Below the pieces are notes generated by a model. It saw only the letters and a program-made list of their open reading frames with translations, was not told the origin of the DNA and did no database searches. Positions 18,646 through 27,266 of a stretch of DNA of 64,000 bases are shown piece after piece. The DNA comes from Pseudomonas phage PhiPA3. Every line of letters starts with the position of its first letter. Within the stretch, counting starts at the first letter, position 1. The stretch is taken from sequence record HQ630627.1. One strand, given 5' to 3'. The position numbers and the translations under genes are program-made.

Positions 18646-19238
18646 TGCAGCTCCCACGGCCTGATAGGAACCACATAATAACCGGCATCAGATATCTTGA
18701 GCTTCATTTGTGGATGCTCCTCTTGAGCTTAGCATTTTTCACTTCCAGATCTCCAATAACCACAATTGTTCGGCTTACAGGTTTCCAGTCAGGTAGATTA
18801 CCAGCAGTAGGGTATCTAACTTAAAGGAAATCGCAGCTTTGTCTTCACGTAGTATTACTACAGCTGAGTATATTTTTTAATCAATGTCTATTGAGTATTG
18901 TTTTAATAGAGGTTTTTGAAGATTATACTGGGGTTAGTTATGATTCTGTAGACGAAGGAAAAGGATCCTCCGGAGGAGGGGGGTTTTATTTAATAATAAA
19001 CAGAGTTACGTTAGTAACTCATTCCTTATTCTTCTCTTATAAAGTCCTTAGTCTGTTAAACTAAAATCCTTATTCCTAAGCGTAAGCTAAATATACTACA
19101 AGCCTCCCCTCAAAGGGAGGCGTTTATGTTGTATTATATTTTTGTTTAAGTTATTATAAATGTCGACGCTAAGGCCTCTATTTTGCGTTTCTATGCATTA
19201 TCTCCATTAAAGGGTACCGATGGCCATTACGGCATAAA

Positions 19239-19254
19239 GCTCCCCGTAGGGAGC
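19239..19254 (-). terminator. hairpin (minus strand gggagc...gctccc read as ggctccc-tacg-gggagc + TTTATGCCG)
   Basis: GC stem just downstream of the stop of minus-strand gene 19261..19671. Confidence 0.5.
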
Positions 19255-19260
19255 CGTATG

Positions 19261-19671
19261 TTAAACTACACCAAATACTAGGTCGTAACCACGTTTAGCA
19301 CCATTGCTGGTAATAGCACGGGCATCACTGAGGGTGTAGGACTGTGGAGTGGTAGCGTCTTCGTTAGTAGCGAAGTCGATAATGTAGCCAGCTTGGAACG
19401 CATGTCCCCAACCACTACGAACTTCACCGTTTATTGCAGTACCGAAAACTTTCTGCCATTCTTCACTGGTAACGCGCATGACGTCCAGTAGAACCCATTG
19501 ACGAGCTACTACGAGAATATTGATCGGCTCAGCCTTAATGAACGCTTTGGCAATAACGGTACGCAGTTCTTCCAGCATCGCTTTAACACGATCACGGTAT
19601 TGTTGACGTTCTTTATCTACTTTAGCCATCTGGTCCAGTTCATCAACACTGGGGTATACGTCACAGAGCAT
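19261..19671 (-). CDS. hypothetical protein (136 aa)
   Basis: ORF, the last gene of the minus-strand cassette. Confidence 0.5.
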   Translation of the reverse strand: MLCDVYPSVDELDQMAKVDKERQQYRDRVKAMLEELRTVIAKAFIKAEPINILVVARQWVLLDVMRVTSEEWQKVFGTAINGEVRSGWGHAFQAGYIIDFATNEDATTPQSYTLSDARAITSNGAKRGYDLVFGVV

Positions 19672-19746
19672 CTTGAGACCTCCTTTTCTCTTGTTCTACC
19701 ATGACCATTACAGCACGACATAGCGCCTGCATGTCTCTTACTTGAC

Positions 19747-20130
19747 TCATACATCCCCCAACGCTAAACGAACTAGGTCGTCGACGTCTAAATCCCAAAA
19801 GATACGGTTAAACCCAACACAGTCACACCACGCATAATCTCCATCGGGCATTGGCCAAGGTTTCTGGAAGACTTCAACCAGTACATTGTAACGCAGGTAC
19901 AGTTCATGAATCAGACCTTCACGACGCTCATTAACTTCAGCTTCAGAGATCTGATCGATTGGCCACGGGAATCCATTAGAGAGTTCAAACGAAACACTAG
20001 CAATCAGATTACGGATTGCAATAAGGTTCTGACTCGTTGAGTAAATCCGGATGGCCGTAGGACGCCTTTCCCTGGCGTTAAAAAGAATGTAGTTCTTGAT
20101 GCCTGACATCAAGCTGTCGATTGCCGCCAT
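19747..20130 (-). CDS. hypothetical protein (127 aa)
   Basis: ORF. Confidence 0.5.
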   Translation of the reverse strand: MAAIDSLMSGIKNYILFNARERRPTAIRIYSTSQNLIAIRNLIASVSFELSNGFPWPIDQISEAEVNERREGLIHELYLRYNVLVEVFQKPWPMPDGDYAWCDCVGFNRIFWDLDVDDLVRLALGDV

Positions 20131-20160
20131 TTATTCTTACCTTGTAAGGGATTGAATAAA

Positions 20161-20178
20161 GCCTCCCCGAAGGGAGGC
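20161..20178 (-). terminator. hairpin gcctcccc-gaag-ggaggc
   Basis: GC stem immediately after the stop of helicase exon 2. Confidence 0.5.
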
Positions 20179-20185
20179 CCTACTA

Positions 20186-20563
20186 TTAATTAGACCAAGC
20201 GTCATCGTCCATACCACCGATAATGCTACCCGGAACAATTTTGAGCGAGTAGTCTTCTTCTTTATCGATGTCCCATGGGATAATGCCACACGAACTGAAC
20301 GGCAGAAGAACATATTGGTCTTCTTCAGACGTCACAGTGTTCCGGTGCTTACCCCGTTGGATGGCGAGATACGATTTGCCTTTCACTTTGATGATGTGGT
20401 GGAACAGTTCTAGGTCAGGTTCCTGACCCAGTCGACGGCAACCGTCATAATAGCCTTTGTTGGCTACAACCTTCACGAAGTCTTCGGTGTTCTCCCGCAT
20501 GAGCTGGAGGGCATCAGAGCCGAGCTGGTGAGGACTGATAAACGTGATACCTCTCGATGTGTT
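20186..20563 (-). CDS. DnaB-family helicase, exon 2 (C-terminal 125 aa: H3 and H4 motifs)
   Basis: The reading frame is open without a start codon from about 20575. The motifs ITFISPHQL (compare SQLNR) and LAIQRGKHRNTV (compare KQRNGptGtV) occur with DnaB-like spacing. The stop is at 20186-20188. Confidence 0.6.
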   Translation of the reverse strand, partial: NTSRGITFISPHQLGSDALQLMRENTEDFVKVVANKGYYDGCRRLGQEPDLELFHHIIKVKGKSYLAIQRGKHRNTVTSEEDQYVLLPFSSCGIIPWDIDKEEDYSLKIVPGSIIGGMDDDAWSN

Positions 20564-22353
20564 CAGTAAGGTTCGTTACACCTTACCCGCGCCATTATGC
20601 GCAGCTCCAGGCTTTCCCTGGATGTCCAGACTATATCTTCACCCTCGGTTTCCCGATAGGGTGCTTCCCACTTCGAGTTCACTTGAACTCTACTCCCCAC
20701 TACGGGATAGTCGTTGAACCTTCTCCGTGCCTTTCGGTTTAGGAGCTTGGCTGCTGATTGTCCAATTTCTACACTTGTTAAACCTTCATAGACTCCTTTC
20801 GGGTCTATTGTGGTAGTAGAACTCTGAAGGAGTTTCCAGCAATTCAGGAAGTACTCGTAAAGCATTACGGCTTTACGGCCCTAAATAAGTAACCCTTAGT
20901 TTCCTTATTAGTGCTCAGATTTAATCGAATTGTTTTCTCGTTTAGACCGGTTAGACGAGCTGCTTCTTTAATAGAAGCAACCTCAGTTATAACACCGGTA
21001 TTCACGCAGGTAACCAGAATGGCTTTAGCTTGTATTGGCTTGTCGATATACGCCGAATTATCGTACTTATTCGAATCCGTGCGGATTATCCAACGCTTAG
21101 CGTAGATGTATTTCAATCCACGACTTAGGTCGACTTGCAACTCCGCTTTAGATCTCCCACAGTGATTCGCTATCTCCTGTAAAGTAGCGAAGACATGGAG
21201 AGTATTCGTTTCTAGATCACTTACGTAGTAAGGTCCAGACAGATTATTCCTACTGTAATGAATTTCACAGTGCGGAACATGCTCTTTAAAACGAATGACG
21301 AAGTTGTCGATGGTTTCGAACCGATATGGTATTCCATACGCTGTCGCAATCTGTTTTACACGATTGAACTTCCGGCTCTGTCCAGTCCGCGTATCGAAAA
21401 CCGTTATGGTGAATATCGATTTACCAACTTTAAAATCGTTTATATCAACTGTTTCGTAATGCCATGGTGTTAAGTCATCCATGGTTTTTATTTCATACCG
21501 CTTGCCCCAAAGATAACCAGGCAGTTTAGTTTGAAAACTTACAGTTGAGTTACCTACACCAATACCGAGACTTCTGTTCATCTCGCTAATGGACCTGTAC
21601 GCAGTAACTTCTCCAGTTAGGACATCCCTAACCTTCGTACCAATAGGTGTTCCATTAAGACCGACTTCCAATGCATGCTGTGCATTTTCCGAAGCATCAC
21701 ACCATTCTAGGTTAGATACGTCGTTATTGGTCTTAACTCCATCAATATGGTTAACGAGCGGTCTTTTTACGAAACATTCGTTTGGAACCCATGCCAAAGC
21801 TACTAACCGATGAAATTTTACGGTACGATTGCAATTTCGATCGGGTACTCTGATATAACACGTGTAGTAACCTTTATCATCGAGTTTCACATCCGTGATA
21901 ATCGAATTCGTTTTGGTATCTAGCACATGCCCATTGGTATCAATAGCGTATCTTGGGTAGTTTGGTATATGCCTGAACCCATCGCAGTAGTAAATCGGTT
22001 CTGCGAATGTCATTATCTTTCCGCACCTTATTCTCAAAAGCGTGTTGTCCACGTCTTTGAAAATTATTTTGTCAAGGTGTTGGGATAGATTGGGAATGTC
22101 TTCACATTCGTACCAAGCAAGTAGACTGAGCCACTCGACTGTGACTGTATACTTTTTACCAAATAGAACGATATTAACTAATCCATTCTCTTCCGGTAGG
22201 GAAACATGTTTCCCCAATCGGTCAAATATTTGACCGTTTAAATCAATTCGGTATTCTGAACTACCAGGAATCTTTTTAATCACAGCCACACCCCAAGTTA
22301 AAAAATCAACTATAGGATATCTGTAATTAAAGGTAGGTAATTTAAGGAGTGGT
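20564..22353 (-). mobile_element. group I intron (~1.79 kb) with embedded HNH homing endonuclease ORF
   Basis: The minus-strand core elements are P AATTGCTGGAAAC (~20848-20836), Q AATCAGCAGCC (~20759-20749), R GTTCAACGACTATC (20719-20706) and S GAAGATATAGTC (20640-20629). A candidate internal guide sequence ATAGTT pairs with the exon sequence AACTAT. A gtaagg-N9-ccttac hairpin sits just before the 3' splice site, which follows a G. Confidence 0.65.
20865..22289 (-). CDS. HNH homing endonuclease (474 aa) with C-terminal NUMOD/IENR-type DNA-binding helix-turn-helix
   Basis: NUMOD4-like N-terminus IKKIPGSSEYRIDLNGQIF. The HNH core is HRLVALAWVPN...VNHIDGVKTNNDVSNLEWCDASEN. The C-terminus reads IKEAARLTGLNEKTIRLNL. 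It starts with GTG 50 nt after the exon-1 stop. Confidence 0.85.
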   Translation of the reverse strand: MAVIKKIPGSSEYRIDLNGQIFDRLGKHVSLPEENGLVNIVLFGKKYTVTVEWLSLLAWYECEDIPNLSQHLDKIIFKDVDNTLLRIRCGKIMTFAEPIYYCDGFRHIPNYPRYAIDTNGHVLDTKTNSIITDVKLDDKGYYTCYIRVPDRNCNRTVKFHRLVALAWVPNECFVKRPLVNHIDGVKTNNDVSNLEWCDASENAQHALEVGLNGTPIGTKVRDVLTGEVTAYRSISEMNRSLGIGVGNSTVSFQTKLPGYLWGKRYEIKTMDDLTPWHYETVDINDFKVGKSIFTITVFDTRTGQSRKFNRVKQIATAYGIPYRFETIDNFVIRFKEHVPHCEIHYSRNNLSGPYYVSDLETNTLHVFATLQEIANHCGRSKAELQVDLSRGLKYIYAKRWIIRTDSNKYDNSAYIDKPIQAKAILVTCVNTGVITEVASIKEAARLTGLNEKTIRLNLSTNKETKGYLFRAVKP

Positions 22354-23511
22354 ATAGTTCCTCATGCGACGGAACAGCAGACGAATATCATCACCTGCTA
22401 CTTTCGCATCCAGACCAGTCTTTGGTAGCATGTTCAGGTAGTCAACCATCAGCATCTGGATTTCGTAACCCTGGGACTGGAGACCATCAAGGTAGTTGGT
22501 GAAACCACCAATGGTAAATTCAGTCGGGTCAAAACGGATCATCTTAACGTTGAAACCGTTCTCTTGCAGACGTGCACAGACATAAGCCGCAGCTTCTCGT
22601 TTGTCGATGTCAGCAACAATGATCTCTTCACCCGTTTCATTCTCACGGATATACTTGTAAATAGTTAGCAAGTTATCAGAGATTTCGTTTTCCAACGTAA
22701 CAAACAGCAACAGAGGCTTCTTCGTCTTGTCACGCATGAACGGACGGTTAAACAGAGCGATGTGCGAGAACAGCAACATTAGCATGTATGACTTGAAGTT
22801 GTGTTGCAGAGCCGCAGTGGTGATAAACTCGCCTCGACGAAATGCCCCCAAGCTACCCAGGATACGGTTAAATCCTTTCCAACCTGTTTTGAATGCACCG
22901 TCAGCAGACAGAGTAGTCTGTACCTGCTCAAAGAAATCTTCTACTGCTTCAGGCTCACTGAAGTCCAAGCAACCCATTTCAGCTGGGTGTCTACTTTCAG
23001 CACGCGCTTTGACATACGGATCGAGCTTAGCGCCCATCTCGTTAATAGCACCAGCGATATCGCCACTACCGCCACGGTTGAAAAGAAGCTTCTGCGAATA
23101 CTCTCGAACGATCTGCTTGATCTTTTCATCATTGAGGTGTGCGTTCAGCGCACTGCGACGAGAGTTGATAGCCCGCATAATGGACATCCCGTCAGGGAAA
23201 TCCTCTTTTACGCCATTGACTACCGCTTCGTACAGATAGTTTTCTTCCCGGCAACTCACTTGTACGGCTTGTAGAACTTCCGCCAAACTCGGGAAATCGT
23301 GCTTTGCTTTACTGTTCAGATCACCGACGAGCTTACGTAGTTCTAAGAACGTTTGCCGACCATGGTCGTGGTCAACAGTGGTATCACGGACTTCCAGTGT
23401 ATTGATGATTTCCGATATCAGTTCAGTTGATGGTGCAGCAGGAGAATCTTCACGGTGTTCCAAGCACAGCAGGGTAACACACTGTACGAGCAGTTGTTTC
23501 GGGGAGGACAT
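22354..23511 (-). CDS. DnaB-family helicase, exon 1 (N-terminal domain plus RecA-like core through Walker B)
   Basis: The ORF carries LLLFVTLENE (H1a-like) and IQMLMVDYLNML (Walker B). It terminates 30 aa after Walker B, which is where the intron begins. The Walker A region is degenerate (TAALQHNFKS). Confidence 0.65.
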
Positions 23512-23645
23512 TTACAGCATCCTTGAGTGTGAATTTTTTAATGATGTACCGTGTACCATTTTGTTTCTAGGTAATTTGTCGCTAAAAATAATGCATATTC
23601 CTATGTAGACTGTTTTTAAGCCTTGGTCCACTATAGGTCTTACCG

Positions 23646-24188
23646 ATGATCAAGTTACTCGTTATCCCTGAAGCTGTCTTCGATCAGTATAAAGCTGATG
23701 GCGTGGACTTTAGCAAATTGCTGTGTCCCAACTATATAGCTTCCGTAAGTTCGGTAAACGACCTTGCGGAGATTGATGCGGTTATCAACGAATTTCAGTT
23801 CCCGTTCTGCTCTGCCACTCCGATCGAGAAGGCAGAGAGTCCGGTGGTTGGGATTGCCATTAAGGCGAACTCAGATTGTGATGAACAATTCAAGATGCAA
23901 GAATTGCACAATCGTTTAGAGGAACGAATTGCCACCTTGGCACTCCGGAAAGGTAATGAACCACCTTTTGTAGGCGTTTATTACCTTTATCCTGTAGATG
24001 AGAATCTTTGGGTTGCGGTGCAGAAGAGTCTGCATACAAACAATGTCGATCCTAACCGGCTCTCTCTTAAGGCTAACCATAGCTTCTTCGATAGTATGGT
24101 TAATGAGCTGACGGCGCTACCTGGTTTCAAGTTTGAGCAGGCCGCCAACACCAATCTCTTCACTTATTATCTGGAATCACAAGGCTAA
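23646..24188 (+). CDS. hypothetical protein (180 aa)
   Basis: ORF divergent from the helicase gene, upstream of the major capsid protein gene. Confidence 0.5.
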   Translation: MIKLLVIPEAVFDQYKADGVDFSKLLCPNYIASVSSVNDLAEIDAVINEFQFPFCSATPIEKAESPVVGIAIKANSDCDEQFKMQELHNRLEERIATLALRKGNEPPFVGVYYLYPVDENLWVAVQKSLHTNNVDPNRLSLKANHSFFDSMVNELTALPGFKFEQAANTNLFTYYLESQG

Positions 24189-24265
24189 CATCCGGATCAT
24201 TCCTAGCCTTGTAATTGAAAGATATTTGCTAAACCAATACCCATCCTGCGTAGGAAACAACAGAA

Positions 24266-26509
24266 ATGAAACAACTCAAAGACCTGTTCAAGGTTAATGG
24301 TGATTCCAGCCGTACTACCTTTGGCCTGGAAGAATTCGTTGGTCACCTGACCAAAGAAGTAGACTTCGCTGACAGCATCTTCGACGCTGGCACTGGCCTG
24401 GTCAAGTCGATCGGTAACGAAGCTTTCGGTGAAAATGCTGAAGAGCAATCCGCTGCTTCTAGCCTCTACAAGCGCCTGCAAAGCATGGCCAGCAACTACG
24501 GCTTCGAAGCCTTCCAAGCTGACCCGAGTCTGAGCCAAGCTCAGATCCGCGAACAAATCCGTGTTACTGGCAACCAGCTCGCTGCCGGTACCCTCGCTGC
24601 CATCGCTTGCACCGACCAGACCGCTTACATCAAAGCTCTGCGTAAGGTCTCGGTTGAAAGCGTTTCCAACGACAAGAACGTCGTTAACGTTCAACATCGC
24701 TTCGACGGTCCTGCTGGTTCCCTGCAAGTCTTCGAAAACGGCGTTGGCCTGGAAAACTACAACGAGAAATCTCAGCGCGACTTCCGCGTTGTGACCGTTG
24801 GCTACAACCTGGCTGCTTCCCGTCAGGACGAGTTCGCTGAGCGCATCTACCCGACCACCGTTATCAACCCGATCGAGGGTGGCGTGGTTCAGGTTCTGCC
24901 GTACATCGCCGTGATGAAAGACGTTTATCACGCTGTATCGGGCCAGAAGCTTCAGAACGAAGAAGTCAACATGGTAGAAGCCTACCGTGATCCGTCCATC
25001 CTGGACGACGAGTGCACCGCTCTGATCCCGTCGATCGATCCGGCCGGCACCAACCTGAAGTTCTTCATCGACCCGACTCTGGTTGCTCCGACCACCGTCG
25101 TTAACGAACAGAACATGTCCGTCGAGACTGCTCCGCTGAAGCCGGGCATCAAGATCGATCTGATCGGTAACTCCAACGCTAGCCTGCTGATCAACAAAGG
25201 CATGCTGGACATTTCCGACACCATCGACCCCGCTGGTCGTCTGAAAGCTCTGTACGTTAAGTTCCAGGGCAAAGTGATCAAGTTCGCTGTGGATCGCCTG
25301 CCGCGTGCTGTGTTCCAACCGGATCTGGTTGGTGATACCCGTGGTGCCAAGATCGACTTCTGGTCTGACGACCTGACTGTTAGCGCCATCACCCGTACCG
25401 TTGACCAAACTCAAACCGCAGCAATGCAAGAGCTGGAACAGCGTAAGTGGGTTCTGCGTCTGAGCATGCAGTTCAGCGGTCACATCTCCACCAGCCGTGG
25501 CGACAGCCGCTTCACCGTTGGCGAAGTTTCTGTTGATCGCATCACCGACGAAGACCGTCGCAATGTTTCCCTGGAAACTGGCGCTGGTAAGACTCTGGTT
25601 GACAGCATCACTGATCTGGAGATCGTAGGTTTCGACCTGGATACTCGCTTCACCAACACCAACCGTCGTCAGCGTGGCCACCTGCTGCAAACTCGTGCCC
25701 TGCAATTCCGTCACCCGATCCCCATGCACGCTCCGGTTACTCTGCCGCTGAGCACCATGGACGAAGAAGGTCCGGGCGAAGTTGTGAAGGCACTGACCGT
25801 CAACACCAACATCCGTAACAGCAACAACGCTGTTAAACGTCTGCTGAACTACCTGGCTCAGCTGAAAGAAGTTACTGCCAATGGTTTCGACCGTCCGCAG
25901 TTCGGTGCTGTTGAAGGCGCTCTGTCGGCCGTAATGCGTCCGACCTATCGTTACAAAGAGCTGCACTTGCCCGACGTGATCGACACCCTGAAGTCGCAAG
26001 ACCGCTGGGAAGACGTCTGCTCGGCAATCCTGAACGCTGTTAAAGGTGAACTGTTCCCGGCTTACCGTGAATCGAACATCGAAGCTGCGTTCCGCGTGAT
26101 CTCGGGTAACCAAGACGAGCGTCCGATGTTCCTGTTCTGCTCGGACAAAGAGATCGCCAACTACCTGATGACCAAAGGTGATGACCGTACCCTCGGTGCT
26201 TACCTGGAATACGATCTGGTATCGACCAACAACGAACTGTTCGACAGCAAGCTGGTGGTGATCCCGACTCGTAAGAACCCGCAAGAGAACGATATCCTCT
26301 CCTTCGGTCAGTTCTTCTACGTTTCCACCGTCATCGCTGACCTGCCGATCACCCGTGGTGGTCAGCAAGTTACTCGCGAAATCGCGGCCATCCCGTTCAA
26401 CCTGCACGTGAACAACATTCCGTTCGCACTTGAGTTCAAGATCACTGGCTTCCAAGAAGTGATGGGCGAATCTCAGTGGAACAAGACTGTTGCTAGCCTG
26501 AAGCCTTGA
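24266..26509 (+). CDS. major capsid protein, phiKZ gp120-like (747 aa)
   Basis: It is the longest abundant-looking ORF in the head block. Its length is identical to the recalled length of phiKZ gp120 (747 aa). It has an AGGAAACAACAGAA ribosome-binding site and a strong terminator downstream. No motif-level proof is possible by eye. Confidence 0.55.
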   Translation: MKQLKDLFKVNGDSSRTTFGLEEFVGHLTKEVDFADSIFDAGTGLVKSIGNEAFGENAEEQSAASSLYKRLQSMASNYGFEAFQADPSLSQAQIREQIRVTGNQLAAGTLAAIACTDQTAYIKALRKVSVESVSNDKNVVNVQHRFDGPAGSLQVFENGVGLENYNEKSQRDFRVVTVGYNLAASRQDEFAERIYPTTVINPIEGGVVQVLPYIAVMKDVYHAVSGQKLQNEEVNMVEAYRDPSILDDECTALIPSIDPAGTNLKFFIDPTLVAPTTVVNEQNMSVETAPLKPGIKIDLIGNSNASLLINKGMLDISDTIDPAGRLKALYVKFQGKVIKFAVDRLPRAVFQPDLVGDTRGAKIDFWSDDLTVSAITRTVDQTQTAAMQELEQRKWVLRLSMQFSGHISTSRGDSRFTVGEVSVDRITDEDRRNVSLETGAGKTLVDSITDLEIVGFDLDTRFTNTNRRQRGHLLQTRALQFRHPIPMHAPVTLPLSTMDEEGPGEVVKALTVNTNIRNSNNAVKRLLNYLAQLKEVTANGFDRPQFGAVEGALSAVMRPTYRYKELHLPDVIDTLKSQDRWEDVCSAILNAVKGELFPAYRESNIEAAFRVISGNQDERPMFLFCSDKEIANYLMTKGDDRTLGAYLEYDLVSTNNELFDSKLVVIPTRKNPQENDILSFGQFFYVSTVIADLPITRGGQQVTREIAAIPFNLHVNNIPFALEFKITGFQEVMGESQWNKTVASLKP

Positions 26510-26622
26510 GCTGGAAAGGGAACACTCCGATACATGGAGAATGGCAACGTCCGTTATCTTGAAGACGGAGTGGCCCGCCGCTTAGACACTCCCGTGATCT
26601 AACGCGGTAAAAGAACGCATAG

Positions 26623-26644
26623 GCCCGCCCCGAAAGGAGCGGGC
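26623..26644 (+). terminator. hairpin gcccgcccc-gaaa-ggagcgggc followed by TTTATGCCG
   Basis: GC stem after the major capsid protein gene. Confidence 0.55.
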
Positions 26645-26680
26645 TTTATGCCGTCAAGGCCAGTGTAAAAAATCTCACAT

Positions 26681-26700
26681 CTATATTACGTTGGTGATAA
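26681..26700 (+). promoter_or_regulatory. early-promoter-like motif CTATATTACGTTGGTGATAA
   Basis: Third copy of the motif, 37 nt after the terminator and 33 nt before ATG 26733. Confidence 0.4.
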
Positions 26701-26732
26701 GCGTTTTAAATATTTAAATACGGAGTTAAATC

Positions 26733-27266
26733 ATGGGCTTCTTTAGCCGATACGGTCAATGCGTAGAACGGGCTTTGCATGAGGCCCAGTGTAACCCAGG
26801 TGATATCATTATTAAATTACCTGAAACTGAAATGGAGGATGCCATTAAGAACCTGATAGACCAATCACAGAAAGAAACTACTGAGGCGTGTAATGGGATG
26901 CAAGCCCAAAAACCCCAACCTCAACAAGCACACAACCATCCACCGAAGGGTGGGTATATGCCCCCTAAAACAGATCCGTTTGAGTTGCAGATGATAGCTG
27001 CATTCGGCGGTCGTTTTCAAGAGGAGTACCCTCATGGAAAACAGCCAAAGCGCAGCCCCGGACAAAAAGTACGTGGAGCTGCGCGTGATGGGGAAGAGTA
27101 TCGGAACGTTCGAGGTCCGAGCAAAAAAGAAAAGAAATCCCAACGTCGAACCGCCAAAAGAAACTGCGAGTCCAACTCAGCAGTAACAAATAAAGGACGA
27201 GTTGTTGGGATGGTTCTGGAAGGGGTAGTATTCAATGGTGAGTATCAACCGTTCGAACGCCGCTAG
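26733..27266 (+). CDS. hypothetical protein (177 aa; extent uncertain, overlapping alternative frames)
   Basis: The N-terminal ~100 aa look protein-like. The C-terminal basic low-complexity part overlaps an alternative 50-aa ORF (27034..27186) and the start of the next gene. Confidence 0.35.
   Translation: MGFFSRYGQCVERALHEAQCNPGDIIIKLPETEMEDAIKNLIDQSQKETTEACNGMQAQKPQPQQAHNHPPKGGYMPPKTDPFELQMIAAFGGRFQEEYPHGKQPKRSPGQKVRGAARDGEEYRNVRGPSKKEKKSQRRTAKRNCESNSAVTNKGRVVGMVLEGVVFNGEYQPFERR

Noticed and set aside
18453-19260. tRNA genes in the ORF-free region
   Set aside because: I found no TTCGAATC-type T-loop or GTAGCTCAG-type D-arm signatures on either strand by eye. I cannot exclude divergent tRNAs without tRNAscan-SE.
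20563-20865. 100-aa minus-strand ORF next to the HNH gene
   Set aside because: It lies exactly over the group I intron catalytic core (the P/Q/R/S elements). It has no ribosome-binding site, and structured RNA explains the conservation better than coding does.
22342-23511. 389-aa minus-strand ORF as terminase large subunit
   Set aside because: It has a DnaB-type Walker B (DYL) and H1a, and its downstream continuation has H3 and H4 helicase motifs. It has no terminase nuclease motifs.
24203-26455. 750-aa minus-strand ORF antisense to the major capsid protein gene
   Set aside because: It is a full-length mirror ORF of a codon-biased, highly expressed gene. Its composition is low-complexity V/D/G/Q, it has no ribosome-binding site, and its terminator context is on the + strand.
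27034-27186. Alternative 50-aa ORF MENSQSAAPDKKYVELRVMGKSIGTFEVRAKKK...
   Set aside because: It looks plausible but overlaps two larger calls and has no clear ribosome-binding site. I report it only as an ambiguity in the findings.
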